IMG/VR virus record: IMGVR_UViG_3300009788_000013
Location: 1-61,153 of that record
DNA: 61,153 nt
DNA from: a virus
Lineage: Duplodnaviria > Caudoviricetes
Strand: one strand, 5' to 3'
The translations under genes and the position numbers were made by a program. Of the stretch, positions 36,408 to 45,205 are shown piece by piece. Position 1 is the stretch's first letter; every line of letters starts with the position of its first letter. Below the pieces are notes generated by a model. The model was not told where the DNA came from and did no database searches. It worked only from the letters and a program-made list of their open reading frames with translations.

Positions 36408-37270
36408 CTCACCGGCAAATAGTCATCGTCATCATCGAATATCAAACCGCCCTTCGCCCGCGTGGCCTTCTTCGCATCATCCAGTAGCGCCTTCAAGTCT
36501 TCGGGATCATCCTCCCATCGGCCCTGATTCAGCCATGTCTGAGGCCATAGCTCAGAATGCCCGCGAATCTGAGCGAGCTGCTTCTGGATCTTCCCTTGCT
36601 CCTTCGCAGCAGTGATGATCTGTCTAGCGATCGATTCGTTCTTAGCTGCCTTGTTCCAGGATTTCCTACATGTCCCCTTGCCGATCTTTCGCCAGACAGC
36701 CTCAGCCCAGAACTCGTTGAACATGCGCTCTTTCCAGTCGATGGTATTGCCAGGAGAAACGGGGATCAATTGCTGCTGCGATTGATCAAGTCTTTTTGAT
36801 GCACTATCACCAGCACCAGCACCAGCAAGAGCAAAAGCACGGTGCGCAGTTTTGCGCAAATTTTCGCAAAAAAACTGAAGTGCTTTAGATTCTAGGAGTT
36901 TGGCCCTACATCGCCAATCTTGATACGTATCATCGGGAGGAGCTGGTGATAGCAGATCTCTAGCAAAAGCGTATCGAGGCAGGCAGTTTCGCGGTATATC
37001 AAACTGTGCCCACCACGTCCCCTCTGATGACTGGTACAGAAACACCAGGAACGCTCTGTGGTACTCCACCAGAAACCGAGGGATCTCCTCTTCAGTCGGC
37101 GGATGATCTAGCGCCACGAAACACCGGGCGACAAGCAACCGTGGATCTACCTCCATTCGCCCAAGCGAATTAGCTGCCGCTAACAGGAAGGGAAATGATA
37201 GAGCTGCTTGATCAGAGCACCTGCGGAGGCGCTTATCGTTGAGTAGAAAATCAGAATGTATTACGGGCAT
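36404..37270 (-). CDS. Replication initiator (lambda O / DnaD-like)
   Basis: Upstream of dnaB; low-complexity linker; C-terminal FNEFW...WPQTWLNQGRWED. Confidence 0.75.
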   Translation of the reverse strand: MPVIHSDFLLNDKRLRRCSDQAALSFPFLLAAANSLGRMEVDPRLLVARCFVALDHPPTEEEIPRFLVEYHRAFLVFLYQSSEGTWWAQFDIPRNCLPRYAFARDLLSPAPPDDTYQDWRCRAKLLESKALQFFCENLRKTAHRAFALAGAGAGDSASKRLDQSQQQLIPVSPGNTIDWKERMFNEFWAEAVWRKIGKGTCRKSWNKAAKNESIARQIITAAKEQGKIQKQLAQIRGHSELWPQTWLNQGRWEDDPEDLKALLDDAKKATRAKGGLIFDDDDDYLPVR

Positions 37271-37271
37271 T

Positions 37272-37349
37272 CATCTCCCCATTCTAGAGATGCGGGGCGG
37301 TGGGTACCGTGAGAATGGCACGTCACCACTTTGGGGCTTACCGCCCCGC
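37272..37349 (-). promoter_or_regulatory. Structured leader RNA of the initiator (kissing-loop candidate)
   Basis: 10-bp stem carrying loop CCAUUCU; SD-containing hairpin CAUCUCU/GGAGAUG with loop AGAAUGG. Confidence 0.6.
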
Positions 37350-37553
37350 TCAGATCGGGTCGCGTTCCTGATCTGATGATTTCATTGTACTACAAAACTT
37401 CTTTCCGGCGTCGATGGCTTGCTGCCTCCGCCGCTCATCACATTCCTCGCACCCATCTCCGGGCTCGCAAGGGCCGTGATCCATCTCTTGCAGCATCCAG
37501 AAAGCGTCTCGACGGGCAATCCATCTGTCGTATGCGGCCGCTTGCTTATCCAC
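37350..37553 (-). CDS. Small Cys/His protein
   Basis: HGPCEPGDGCEEC. Confidence 0.5.
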   Translation of the reverse strand: MDKQAAAYDRWIARRDAFWMLQEMDHGPCEPGDGCEECDERRRQQAIDAGKKFCSTMKSSDQERDPI

Positions 37554-37785
37554 TCTTCACCTCCCCGGCGTCAAGGTCATCGAGGGCTCTGGTGGCTACA
37601 CCGGAACGACGCGCATAGTACTCCAGTGCCGCTCGCGCCGTGGCAAGCTTATCCCATGCCGCCAGTAGCTCGTCTGCTAGGGCTGGGATGTCATCGTTCA
37701 CAAGGTTCGCCACGTGTTCAACTTCGCAGTAGACGCCTGCTCCTTGCGCCATCTCTTTAATAGCTTTGATATCGGCGCGTGTCAT
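37546..37785 (-). CDS. Hypothetical protein
   Basis: DIPALADEL...ALEYYA. Confidence 0.5.
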   Translation of the reverse strand: MTRADIKAIKEMAQGAGVYCEVEHVANLVNDDIPALADELLAAWDKLATARAALEYYARRSGVATRALDDLDAGEVKSG

Positions 37786-38276
37786 GATCCCTGTATCTCC
37801 TCTCGGTGGATCTCCCACCACGTTACAGCTAATCCGAGAGCCTGCCACACGTGTTTACCTCCTGCCTGACGAACAGGATAGAGCGGCCCGCTTTTCAGCC
37901 ACGGCTTTTCTATACCTGTACGTTCTATCCATCGATCCTTGAGCGCTTGAGTGATCCAGGAATCCTTTGCATTGCCGTTGTGGCAGAGGTGTGTCTTCAC
38001 GGCAACTCTGGGCATTTTAAAGGCCCTGTCGAGGCCGAAGGCATGGCGATATATACCTACCCACTCTTTTGTTTCAAGAGTTGTTTGCCCGATGGGACGG
38101 CCATAGCTAACGATGTCCTCGATAACCATGTGGCTAGCCTTTCCGAAGGTATCGTCCAGATCCCACTCTATTCGGTTCAATAACTCAATGTTTTCTGTTT
38201 GACCACATCTCTGAAGATCCCCATCATAAGTTACCCAGGCACTTGATTTTGGAGCTGGATCAATTGCGAGTATCAT
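37782..38276 (-). CDS. RuvC-like Holliday junction resolvase
   Basis: ILAIDPA, VIED, VKTHLC, WQALGLA. Confidence 0.75.
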   Translation of the reverse strand: MILAIDPAPKSSAWVTYDGDLQRCGQTENIELLNRIEWDLDDTFGKASHMVIEDIVSYGRPIGQTTLETKEWVGIYRHAFGLDRAFKMPRVAVKTHLCHNGNAKDSWITQALKDRWIERTGIEKPWLKSGPLYPVRQAGGKHVWQALGLAVTWWEIHREEIQGS

Positions 38277-38331
38277 ATTGAACTGAATACTGGCTGGCCA
38301 TAGAAAGCACCAGCCAGTAAACCTCCCTCCC

Positions 38332-38826
38332 TTACTCTCCTTCCTCGGCCTCTTGCTCGGCCCCTTCTTCTTCTCCTTCCTCGGCCTCTCCGAGCTTCTG
38401 CTGCTGCGGCGCCCGTGATGTCAGCAGAATGCATTTGGCTGGCACATAGCCAACCGTTCCGAGGTACTCCTCGACGACACCTGCGATTGCAGCAGCAGTT
38501 GAGACGACAAATGACAGTGATACCTTCCCATCGTCCCCGCGCTTTACTTTGAATGTTTTCGCCTCACTCGCCTCAAACTGGATACTGTGTTGCGCCAGCT
38601 CTTTCGTCGGTGTGACTGTCACGCGGGCAAGCCGCAGCGAGTTAGACAGTTTCGCGGACTGCCATTCATCGTCCGAGGCGAACAACTTTCCGCAGTCAAG
38701 CTGCTTCGCTAAAGCTTTGGTCAAATCTCCTGTGATGTGCAAGCGGTTGAACCTAGTTCCACTCCGCTCATCAAGCACTGTTCGGTTGTGCCGAATGTTC
38801 GCATTGTTGATTGTGATAGTTGCCAT
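38332..38826 (-). CDS. Hypothetical protein, beta-rich with acidic tail (SSB-like?)
   Basis: Follows RecT; acidic C-terminus. Confidence 0.5.
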   Translation of the reverse strand: MATITINNANIRHNRTVLDERSGTRFNRLHITGDLTKALAKQLDCGKLFASDDEWQSAKLSNSLRLARVTVTPTKELAQHSIQFEASEAKTFKVKRGDDGKVSLSFVVSTAAAIAGVVEEYLGTVGYVPAKCILLTSRAPQQQKLGEAEEGEEEGAEQEAEEGE

Positions 38827-38834
38827 AGGTTTCC

Positions 38835-39685
38835 TTAGGTTTGCTTGGGTTTGCGTTTCGGTAAGTCGTCATCCTCGATCTCTTGGTACTCTGGAGCTAC
38901 ATATTCCGGATCAAGCGGCTTGTCGTCCTCTGGATCGAATTCTACATCGACCACCTGAGCCGTTGGTTCTCCACGTTCGAAGGCATTATCTACCTCGATG
39001 GCCCCTGTGATCCTTCGGTGGTTTCGTGGGATCGTGTGAAATTGCCGTTTCACAATACTTTTCATATACATCCTCTCGCCCCACGAAAACCATGGGCCAT
39101 CTTGGCGCTTGAGTTTCGCCGTAGCCATCTCTCTGATCTTGATCAGTTCCACTGCCCATACTGGCTTTACTGGCCAGATGACACCAGAGGTAAGCCTGGT
39201 GCGACAATACCCCGCAATCACTCCATCGGTGAGATCGGCTGGGTTTGGCGGTGCCTGGGGATCATGCTCTGCAATGCCATTACGGAAGGAATATTCTTCG
39301 CCCTCATAGACGAGGAATGGTTCCGTATAGCTGAGCACGCCATCCTGATAAGCTATCGTGATCAGGCCCTTGTAGTCATAGATCAGCGTACAGACGTTTT
39401 TGCCGCTCGATTTAAACGGCACAAGATGGCTTCGTTCGGGCCGATCTCCAGTCCGTCACGATAGCAAGTTGCCAGTGCATTGAAAACCGACATCGTTGTA
39501 CATCCAGCGATCTGATAGTTCCGCCGGATAGCATTCTCTAGGGCCATCTTGATCCGTCGCTTTTCGCACGGTTTCTCCATCACCGCCACGATTGCTAGAT
39601 AGTTCTTATCGAGATAGTCAACCAAACGCGCTTTGCCCTTCAGTGTCAAAGCTGTTGAGGAGCTGCTATTCTGCTTTGTCGCCAT
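38835..39685 (-). pseudogene. recT: RecT-family ssDNA annealing protein split by a 1-nt frameshift
   Basis: CTTMSVFNAL..GLEIG-NEA in ORF 39383-39685 continues as VPFK..YKGLI..VYEGEEY..MYMKSIVKR in ORF 38835-39422. Confidence 0.82.
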
Positions 39686-39905
39686 CAGTAATTTCCTCCA
39701 AGGATAGACAGGGCGGAATACAGTCGTTGTTGATGAGTGATCCTCCTATCGCTAGACATGCCTCACTACGGAGGCGAAGAGCATTCAATTCCGCCTGGTG
39801 GTCAAGCCGGCAACCAAGGTGTCCCGCTGTAAACGTGAGCATCACTACGACGATAATCGTTAAGGCAACCCCGGTGTCATTGCCTGTCCATGTTTCCTCA
39901 GTCAT
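39666..39905 (-). CDS. Small TM protein
   Basis: VALTIIVVVMLTF; C-x3-GG-x5-C. Confidence 0.5.
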   Translation of the reverse strand: MTEETWTGNDTGVALTIIVVVMLTFTAGHLGCRLDHQAELNALRLRSEACLAIGGSLINNDCIPPCLSLEEITDGDKAE

Positions 39906-40095
39906 CAGCCTTTTCCTCCACCGGATCAGTGAAATGATCCTCAAGTGCTTTCATAATATCGCTCGTGCTGTAACCTTTGTCTTCTCCAGCAGCGACGAGC
40001 AATCCGGTATCGCCAAACAGATATAGCGCCCACGATAACTTGTCCTTGTTCTTAACGACATTAAGAATATAGGACTTCTGTTTCACTTTATCCAT
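39898..40095 (-). CDS. Hypothetical protein
   Basis: SD AGGAG; 65 aa. Confidence 0.55.
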   Translation of the reverse strand: MDKVKQKSYILNVVKNKDKLSWALYLFGDTGLLVAAGEDKGYSTSDIMKALEDHFTDPVEEKADD

Positions 40096-40104
40096 CTCAT
40101 CTCC

Positions 40105-40833
40105 TTATCTGAATCTCAGGTGCCCAGACTGATAAGCTGTCAGGCCGGGAATTGAGTCTGTGCCCTTCGTGGATTTCGCCCACTGGTTTATGGCGACTTG
40201 ATCGACTTTCACGAACGTCCACGGTGCGGCCCCCTTGGCTATTGCCGTTACCAACTGGGCCAATGATCGTCTTTGCTCCGTCTCAGTATCTCCGGTGAGC
40301 CGTGCCATCCACGGTTTAGCTGTGGATATCCCCTTCGGAGCAGGCGGCGGTACAACAGTTGGCGTTATGATCGGCTCGTCTCGCATCTGTTGGCGCAGAA
40401 CCTTCACATCGTCCTTATCAGCGCCTTCCTTCTTCGCTGCTGCTGCCGCTCGGCGGATTTCCAGATCACGGGCTTTCTGTGCCTCCTCATCGATCTTGCG
40501 TTGCTTCTCTCTGGCGATACGCTGCATCTCAGCCTCGTATGTCATGATCTGGTTAGCAACACTTCTGCCTGCCTGATCGAGTGGATGCAGCATCTCATCG
40601 CGCTTTGCCACCGTGCCCTTCCACGCCCGGTATGCGAGCGCTACAGGCCCAGAGCTTTTGTCATCCCAGTATTGCTTCACAGCCTTTTTCAGCTGGGAGA
40701 TTTCCTTGCCAACACCAGCCGCGAATTCGTAGCTAACGTGAGAGGTGATCTCTATGCTCAGTGCACGTGTTACGAGATCTGTGCTTTTGGTTTCCAGTCT
40801 AGCGACTGGTAATACTTCTGTGCTCATACTCAT
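40105..40833 (-). CDS. Coiled-coil recombination-module protein (Gam / gp157-like)
   Basis: Long helical region; C-terminal D--AIN-WAK..SIPGL; lies between exonuclease and RecT. Confidence 0.55.
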   Translation of the reverse strand: MSMSTEVLPVARLETKSTDLVTRALSIEITSHVSYEFAAGVGKEISQLKKAVKQYWDDKSSGPVALAYRAWKGTVAKRDEMLHPLDQAGRSVANQIMTYEAEMQRIAREKQRKIDEEAQKARDLEIRRAAAAAKKEGADKDDVKVLRQQMRDEPIITPTVVPPPAPKGISTAKPWMARLTGDTETEQRRSLAQLVTAIAKGAAPWTFVKVDQVAINQWAKSTKGTDSIPGLTAYQSGHLRFR

Positions 40834-41468
40834 CTCCTATACCTTGCTTCGTAGATTTTGAGACAGGCCATCCAAACCTGCACGTCTTGTTCCCAGGAGT
40901 TCTGGTACCATGGCCCCTCAATCTTCGCTCCGTCTGGCGTCAGGCCGACTGCGACGCGAGCGAACTTCCTGTGCTCAGGAAAACATAATAGATATGCGGT
41001 GAGTTGATAGCGAGTCCACCATGAAGGGGTCCCAGTCTTAATCTCTCGGAGAGCTGGATAGTCATGATCTTTGATAGTGATCATACCGAGATCATCCAGC
41101 CGCCCTGCGTAGCGGTAGAGGGGATGCATGATCTTAACCTCTTGCGCCAGCGATCGCCAGTTGTGCCGCTCGCGGAATTCCCGATCAGCATTGAGGTATG
41201 GTTGATCCTGCTGGCGGATGCTGGTTTCATCGAGATCGCCCTCTTGATCCAGCGCGATGGCCAGATGCACCCGGGTACCCCGGCGCATGGCGATTTTAGA
41301 ATCAGCAGTCCAGTCATATTTCATCCCGGCTGCCGCCAGAATTTGAGTCACCGAGGCAAGGGGATCGCCAGTCTGGGGATCTCGGTACCGGTGATCTTTC
41401 GATTCGAAATCTGGTTTAGGAGGTAGAGCGATCTGGAACTCCCCCACCGTTAACGTTGCCGCTGCCAT
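40830..41468 (-). CDS. PD-(D/E)XK exonuclease (RecE / Cas4-like)
   Basis: HRY, SVTQIL, RGTRVH, YAGRLD, EIKTG, QLTAY. Confidence 0.85.
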   Translation of the reverse strand: MAAATLTVGEFQIALPPKPDFESKDHRYRDPQTGDPLASVTQILAAAGMKYDWTADSKIAMRRGTRVHLAIALDQEGDLDETSIRQQDQPYLNADREFRERHNWRSLAQEVKIMHPLYRYAGRLDDLGMITIKDHDYPALREIKTGTPSWWTRYQLTAYLLCFPEHRKFARVAVGLTPDGAKIEGPWYQNSWEQDVQVWMACLKIYEARYRR

Positions 41469-41667
41469 TGAGTGTTTGCCTTATATTGCCGCGATTGAAT
41501 CCCAGGCCCGTCATAATCGTTTCTTCGGCCTCCGCCTGGGCGCCACATGCTCGGCAGATGCGCTGAGCGAAACCGATAGGAGCCGAGAGCACAACTCTCC
41601 TCGTGGTGCCACCACCGCACAGGCACAGCGCCTCATTCGCTCGGATCATCTGCCTCGTATCCGTCAT
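41416..41667 (-). CDS. Small Zn-ribbon protein
   Basis: CLCGG...CRACG. Confidence 0.5.
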   Translation of the reverse strand: MTDTRQMIRANEALCLCGGGTTRRVVLSAPIGFAQRICRACGAQAEAEETIMTGLGFNRGNIRQTLNGSGNVNGGGVPDRSTS

Positions 41668-41809
41668 CTGCTAGTTTTTTCAACACTGCTTCAGTTAACC
41701 ATGCTCGCTTCGATTGTCCGCTGTCCTCGACGGCGCGCTGCACGAGCGCCCAGAGTTCCTCCGAAATCTGAAACATTAGAGCTGGCCGTCCGCGACTCGT
41801 TCGATGCAA
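41633..41809 (-). CDS. Ribbon-helix-helix (CopG/Arc-like) regulator
   Basis: LMFQISEELWALVQRAVEDSGQSKRAWLTEAVLKKL; likely leaderless TTG start. Confidence 0.65.
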   Translation of the reverse strand: MHRTSRGRPALMFQISEELWALVQRAVEDSGQSKRAWLTEAVLKKLADDGYEADDPSE

Positions 41810-41815
41810 AAAACC

Positions 41816-41844
41816 ATTATATAACATCTGGCGAAAATTGTCTA
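41816..41844 (-). promoter_or_regulatory. Sigma70 promoter of the recombination/replication operon
   Basis: TAGACA-17-TATAAT. Confidence 0.75.
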
Positions 41845-41941
41845 GAGGATTCTGAAACGGGCGATCGATCAGATGGAGAGAGGGCCGCTAAGGGTTCCAG
41901 GATCGCCCCTACGGGGCTTCTGCACTCCTGGTGATGGGATT

Positions 41942-42178
41942 CTATGGCCTGATCAGGCGAGCGCCACAGGGCCGATTCTCGGCTGTTCGGCATCTCAGCT
42001 CATCTCGGTACAGCAATCTGATCTCAAGATTCCGAGTCTGATCCCTGATCCGATTCCAGCGGTTAACACGATCCAACCGCCACTGCCGCATGTAGACCCG
42101 GCGCCGGCATTTGCGGCAATCGCCACAGCAACAAGTGGCCAATCGGCCCCCTGGTGGATTCCGTCTACCGCCCCTCAT
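41942..42178 (-). CDS. Small basic Zn-knuckle protein
   Basis: GGRLATCCCGDCRKCRRR; similar to 21297-21587. Confidence 0.5.
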   Translation of the reverse strand: MRGGRRNPPGGRLATCCCGDCRKCRRRVYMRQWRLDRVNRWNRIRDQTRNLEIRLLYRDELRCRTAENRPCGARLIRP

Positions 42179-42639
42179 CGCTGGTAGTGGAAATCAAGCA
42201 CATCACCCTCTCTCGGAATGTTGCCGCCCAAAAACGTCACCGTCTGGCCAGCGATTTCCCAATCCTCACCGGGTACCAGATTTAATCCGTTTCGGCTGAT
42301 ACTGAGAGATCCAGTGATGGGAGGATTCATCAACACCCAGGATGCCTGCGGCCTCAGCACCACCTCAGCCCGTTTCACCCACACTGCTGGAGCCGCTCCG
42401 GTCACCAGCAATAGAAGCTGGCCATCAACATCCGCGATTTCGAGACCAGTACCCGGCCCCACCTTCCCCCAGCCAGTCAAGCCCCGGTAGCTGATCATCA
42501 CACAATCGCCCGGGCAGGGGAGGATTTGACTGCCGTTGAGCTGAGTGTCACCAATCACCGGCACTACAATAAACAGCACTGAGAGGATGATCACAAGCCA
42601 AAACCAACCAAACCAACCAAACCAATTGTAGGTGTTCAT
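42175..42639 (-). CDS. Membrane-anchored / secreted beta protein
   Basis: N-terminal hydrophobic segment; RNGLNLVPGEDW..GQTVTF..P-EGD-L motif. Confidence 0.6.
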   Translation of the reverse strand: MNTYNWFGWFGWFWLVIILSVLFIVVPVIGDTQLNGSQILPCPGDCVMISYRGLTGWGKVGPGTGLEIADVDGQLLLLVTGAAPAVWVKRAEVVLRPQASWVLMNPPITGSLSISRNGLNLVPGEDWEIAGQTVTFLGGNIPREGDVLDFHYQR

Positions 42640-42667
42640 TAATGCTATCCTTTCCGAACCGCCTTAT

Positions 42668-42904
42668 TTAGAAATTCGGTGGCTTCGTCTTCGGGATGGG
42701 TGGCCTCATCTCGGGATGTGAGTATTCTTTCTGCTTGTCGAGCTTTGAAGTGGCGGCACCCCACATCGACCGAAGCACAAGTGTCATTCCCGCTGTGGTT
42801 AACTCACGGCCATACGCCATCCCGAGGTACTCTTCTGCTTGGCCTCCAATCACAAACAGTAGACCGACGAAAATATGACCACCTGGTGTGTTTAGCCAAT
42901 TCAT
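42668..42904 (-). CDS. Holin-like small membrane protein
   Basis: Two hydrophobic segments and a basic tail, at the end of the tail operon. Confidence 0.4.
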   Translation of the reverse strand: MNWLNTPGGHIFVGLLFVIGGQAEEYLGMAYGRELTTAGMTLVLRSMWGAATSKLDKQKEYSHPEMRPPIPKTKPPNF

Positions 42905-42933
42905 GGAGCACCTCCTTATCCGCAGCTTCACCT

Positions 42934-43473
42934 TCACTGTGGGACAGCGAGCATCGTATATTCCACGCAGCCTCCGCCACCTGGCACAGAAACGAACGTC
43001 GGAAGCAGATCACCGGGTAGCTTCTCCTCCGGTGGCGCATGCCGTGCTGTGAGTGTTGTAGCTAGGCGAATCACCCCAGCGCCGATGACAGGTAAGGTGC
43101 GCTGCCATTTCGCCGCGGGCTGCCAGATCGCATCGCCCGCAACGAGAGCGGACAGCACCCAGCCCCCAGCCTCGGCAATAGATAATACAATTCGAGGTGC
43201 GCTCATCTGTTTCGATTTGGCGAGTGTCCTCTGGATCACCGAGAATCCAGCAGGTGACAACCCCTGTACAGCCGCCGCATTCCTTATCAGTCCGGAGTGG
43301 AAATCAGAATCTACCTCCGACTTATTGCAGAGGAGTACAAGGTAGGCGTCGAATCCTCCCCATTGTCCCTGAGCGGAGAACTGTATCGTAATATTCTCCT
43401 GTGCTATCAGTGGTGCGAGGCACAACAGAAGTGCGAGTAACAGTCTCACAATCAGCCCCCGATCGGTACCCAC
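42934..43473 (-). CDS. Secreted / membrane hypothetical protein
   Basis: Signal peptide LLLALLLCLAPLIA-Q; internal hydrophobic hairpin. Confidence 0.55.
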   Translation of the reverse strand: MGTDRGLIVRLLLALLLCLAPLIAQENITIQFSAQGQWGGFDAYLVLLCNKSEVDSDFHSGLIRNAAAVQGLSPAGFSVIQRTLAKSKQMSAPRIVLSIAEAGGWVLSALVAGDAIWQPAAKWQRTLPVIGAGVIRLATTLTARHAPPEEKLPGDLLPTFVSVPGGGGCVEYTMLAVPQ

Positions 43474-43988
43474 ATTTTGCGATATACTAGCGTCCCGAGA
43501 CGGCCAATAATGATGAACACATACTCCTTGCCATCCTTCATCGCATGAGTACCAGGGTGAACGGTATTAGTCGGGCCGGTGTAGTAGCTGCCAGTTCCGT
43601 CATCGACTGCGAAACCAAAAGCTACGATACCATCGGGTAACGTCGGCTTCACTGGAGGGCTATAAGGCTCGGCTACCAACTCCGGACCTTCGATAACACG
43701 CGGTTCACCTTCTCCCGCATCCTCGATATACAGATAGTGGAGCATTTGCGGAGGTTGGGGTATTGGAAACCGTTTTCCTTTTTCAAAGAAGTTGCGCTCC
43801 CAATTCGAGACGGCCCGTAGAAAGTGCTGTCGCCTGTTGTGGTTGTGCCTATCCTCCATCTCCTGGAGTTGCCGGATCGCAGCAGCCCGAACCACGTTGG
43901 CGTCGAAGATTGAACCGGGCACGTCAAGGATGGTCCTGATGGTACTATTAGCCGTCGTTGCTTTCTTCTCTCTAGTCTTAGTTGCCAT
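43452..43988 (-). CDS. Hypothetical protein
   Basis: 178-aa ORF. Confidence 0.55.
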   Translation of the reverse strand: MATKTREKKATTANSTIRTILDVPGSIFDANVVRAAAIRQLQEMEDRHNHNRRQHFLRAVSNWERNFFEKGKRFPIPQPPQMLHYLYIEDAGEGEPRVIEGPELVAEPYSPPVKPTLPDGIVAFGFAVDDGTGSYYTGPTNTVHPGTHAMKDGKEYVFIIIGRLGTLVYRKMWVPIGG

Positions 43989-43995
43989 GGTGATC

Positions 43996-45204
43996 CTATT
44001 GTATCGAATATCGTGATGCTGTTGCAGCTCTCGTCAATTCGATGAGATCGTAGGTTGGATTGCCGCTTAAGCCGTCCTGCCAAATCAAGCCAATCCCATC
44101 TGGGGTTGGGGCAGCATGGAGATAGGCTAAAGACTCCGATGCACCGAAGGCTCGATGCAGTACTGGATCAGTCCACGAGGGCGGGCTACCGAGCACGCGC
44201 CTGCTGTAGTAGATTTTATCTGGCGTATCATGAGATGTCCAGACGGCATACAGATCCTCTGGTGCACCAAAAGCAACCGCTGATATGGTGGCAATCTTGC
44301 TCCCCATCACGCCAGGATTGTATTCTGGGCTGGTGGCAAACTGCTCGATCGTCCATGTCGGATTGCGGTTCTCCTCAGCGACAGCCATTACCAGGTGCCC
44401 GCCTGTCTGAGCATAGGGGAAGGCGATTAGAAGATTATCGACCGACGCATCCTCCTCGAAATAGGACGTGGGAGCCCCCACCGTCGCAACGACACCAGTT
44501 GTAGCGCCAGCCTCCAGATCAGCAGTAGCAAGAGTCTGTAGCGTTTGGTTCCCCAGCACGGGCGACCATGTTTGCTGTAGAATATCTCCATCAGGTGTCC
44601 CAAGGAAGACATGTACCCGATCTATCACAGAGCCGTGGATGCGAACTGCTAGACTCCCGATCATCGCATGAGATTTAGCATGGCCTGATCCGTGCTCTAC
44701 CGCCGATCCCCAGGTGTCACTGTCATAACCATAGGATGATCTATAGATACGTTGCAGCCCCCCGACATCCGCCCCCCGATGAAATACGTCGAAACCGGCT
44801 GGATTGGAGTTCTTGAAAATGCTCCATTTCCGTGGAAGCAACGAGCCAGCAGTAACTGGTACTGGCCCATTCAGCAATTCTGTCGCTCCACCGGCGAGCC
44901 AACCGTTACCGAATCTCCACACTTCAAGTTCACCGCTAACAACTTCGTGGAGCACAGCCTGAATCGGCGGCCCCCTTTTAGTTACTCCTATCAAACTGAG
45001 ATTTGCTGCCGAAGAAATTGTAGAACCAATAGCTACCCAAGTCAGGCCCCCGTCTTTACTCCTCCATGTTTCCAGTTTGAGTGATGACTTGTCTAGGAAA
45101 ACAGTCCATAAAGCTCCTGAGTCGTACCAGAGGGAAGCATCTAGGGCAAATGAAGGGAATACTATTCCATTCGCGCCATCGATCTGAACAGGAGTGAATG
45201 CCAT
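43996..45204 (-). CDS. Beta-propeller (BNR/Asp-box) tail receptor-binding candidate
   Basis: Asp-box WRSKDGGLTW; IYYSRR..WTDP. Confidence 0.6.
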   Translation of the reverse strand: MAFTPVQIDGANGIVFPSFALDASLWYDSGALWTVFLDKSSLKLETWRSKDGGLTWVAIGSTISSAANLSLIGVTKRGPPIQAVLHEVVSGELEVWRFGNGWLAGGATELLNGPVPVTAGSLLPRKWSIFKNSNPAGFDVFHRGADVGGLQRIYRSSYGYDSDTWGSAVEHGSGHAKSHAMIGSLAVRIHGSVIDRVHVFLGTPDGDILQQTWSPVLGNQTLQTLATADLEAGATTGVVATVGAPTSYFEEDASVDNLLIAFPYAQTGGHLVMAVAEENRNPTWTIEQFATSPEYNPGVMGSKIATISAVAFGAPEDLYAVWTSHDTPDKIYYSRRVLGSPPSWTDPVLHRAFGASESLAYLHAAPTPDGIGLIWQDGLSGNPTYDLIELTRAATASRYSIQ

Positions 45205-45205
45205 G

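Noticed and set aside
42600-42625. AACCAACCA tandem repeat as a phase-variation tract
   Set aside because: The 9-bp unit is in frame (WFG repeats), so copy changes would not switch the gene
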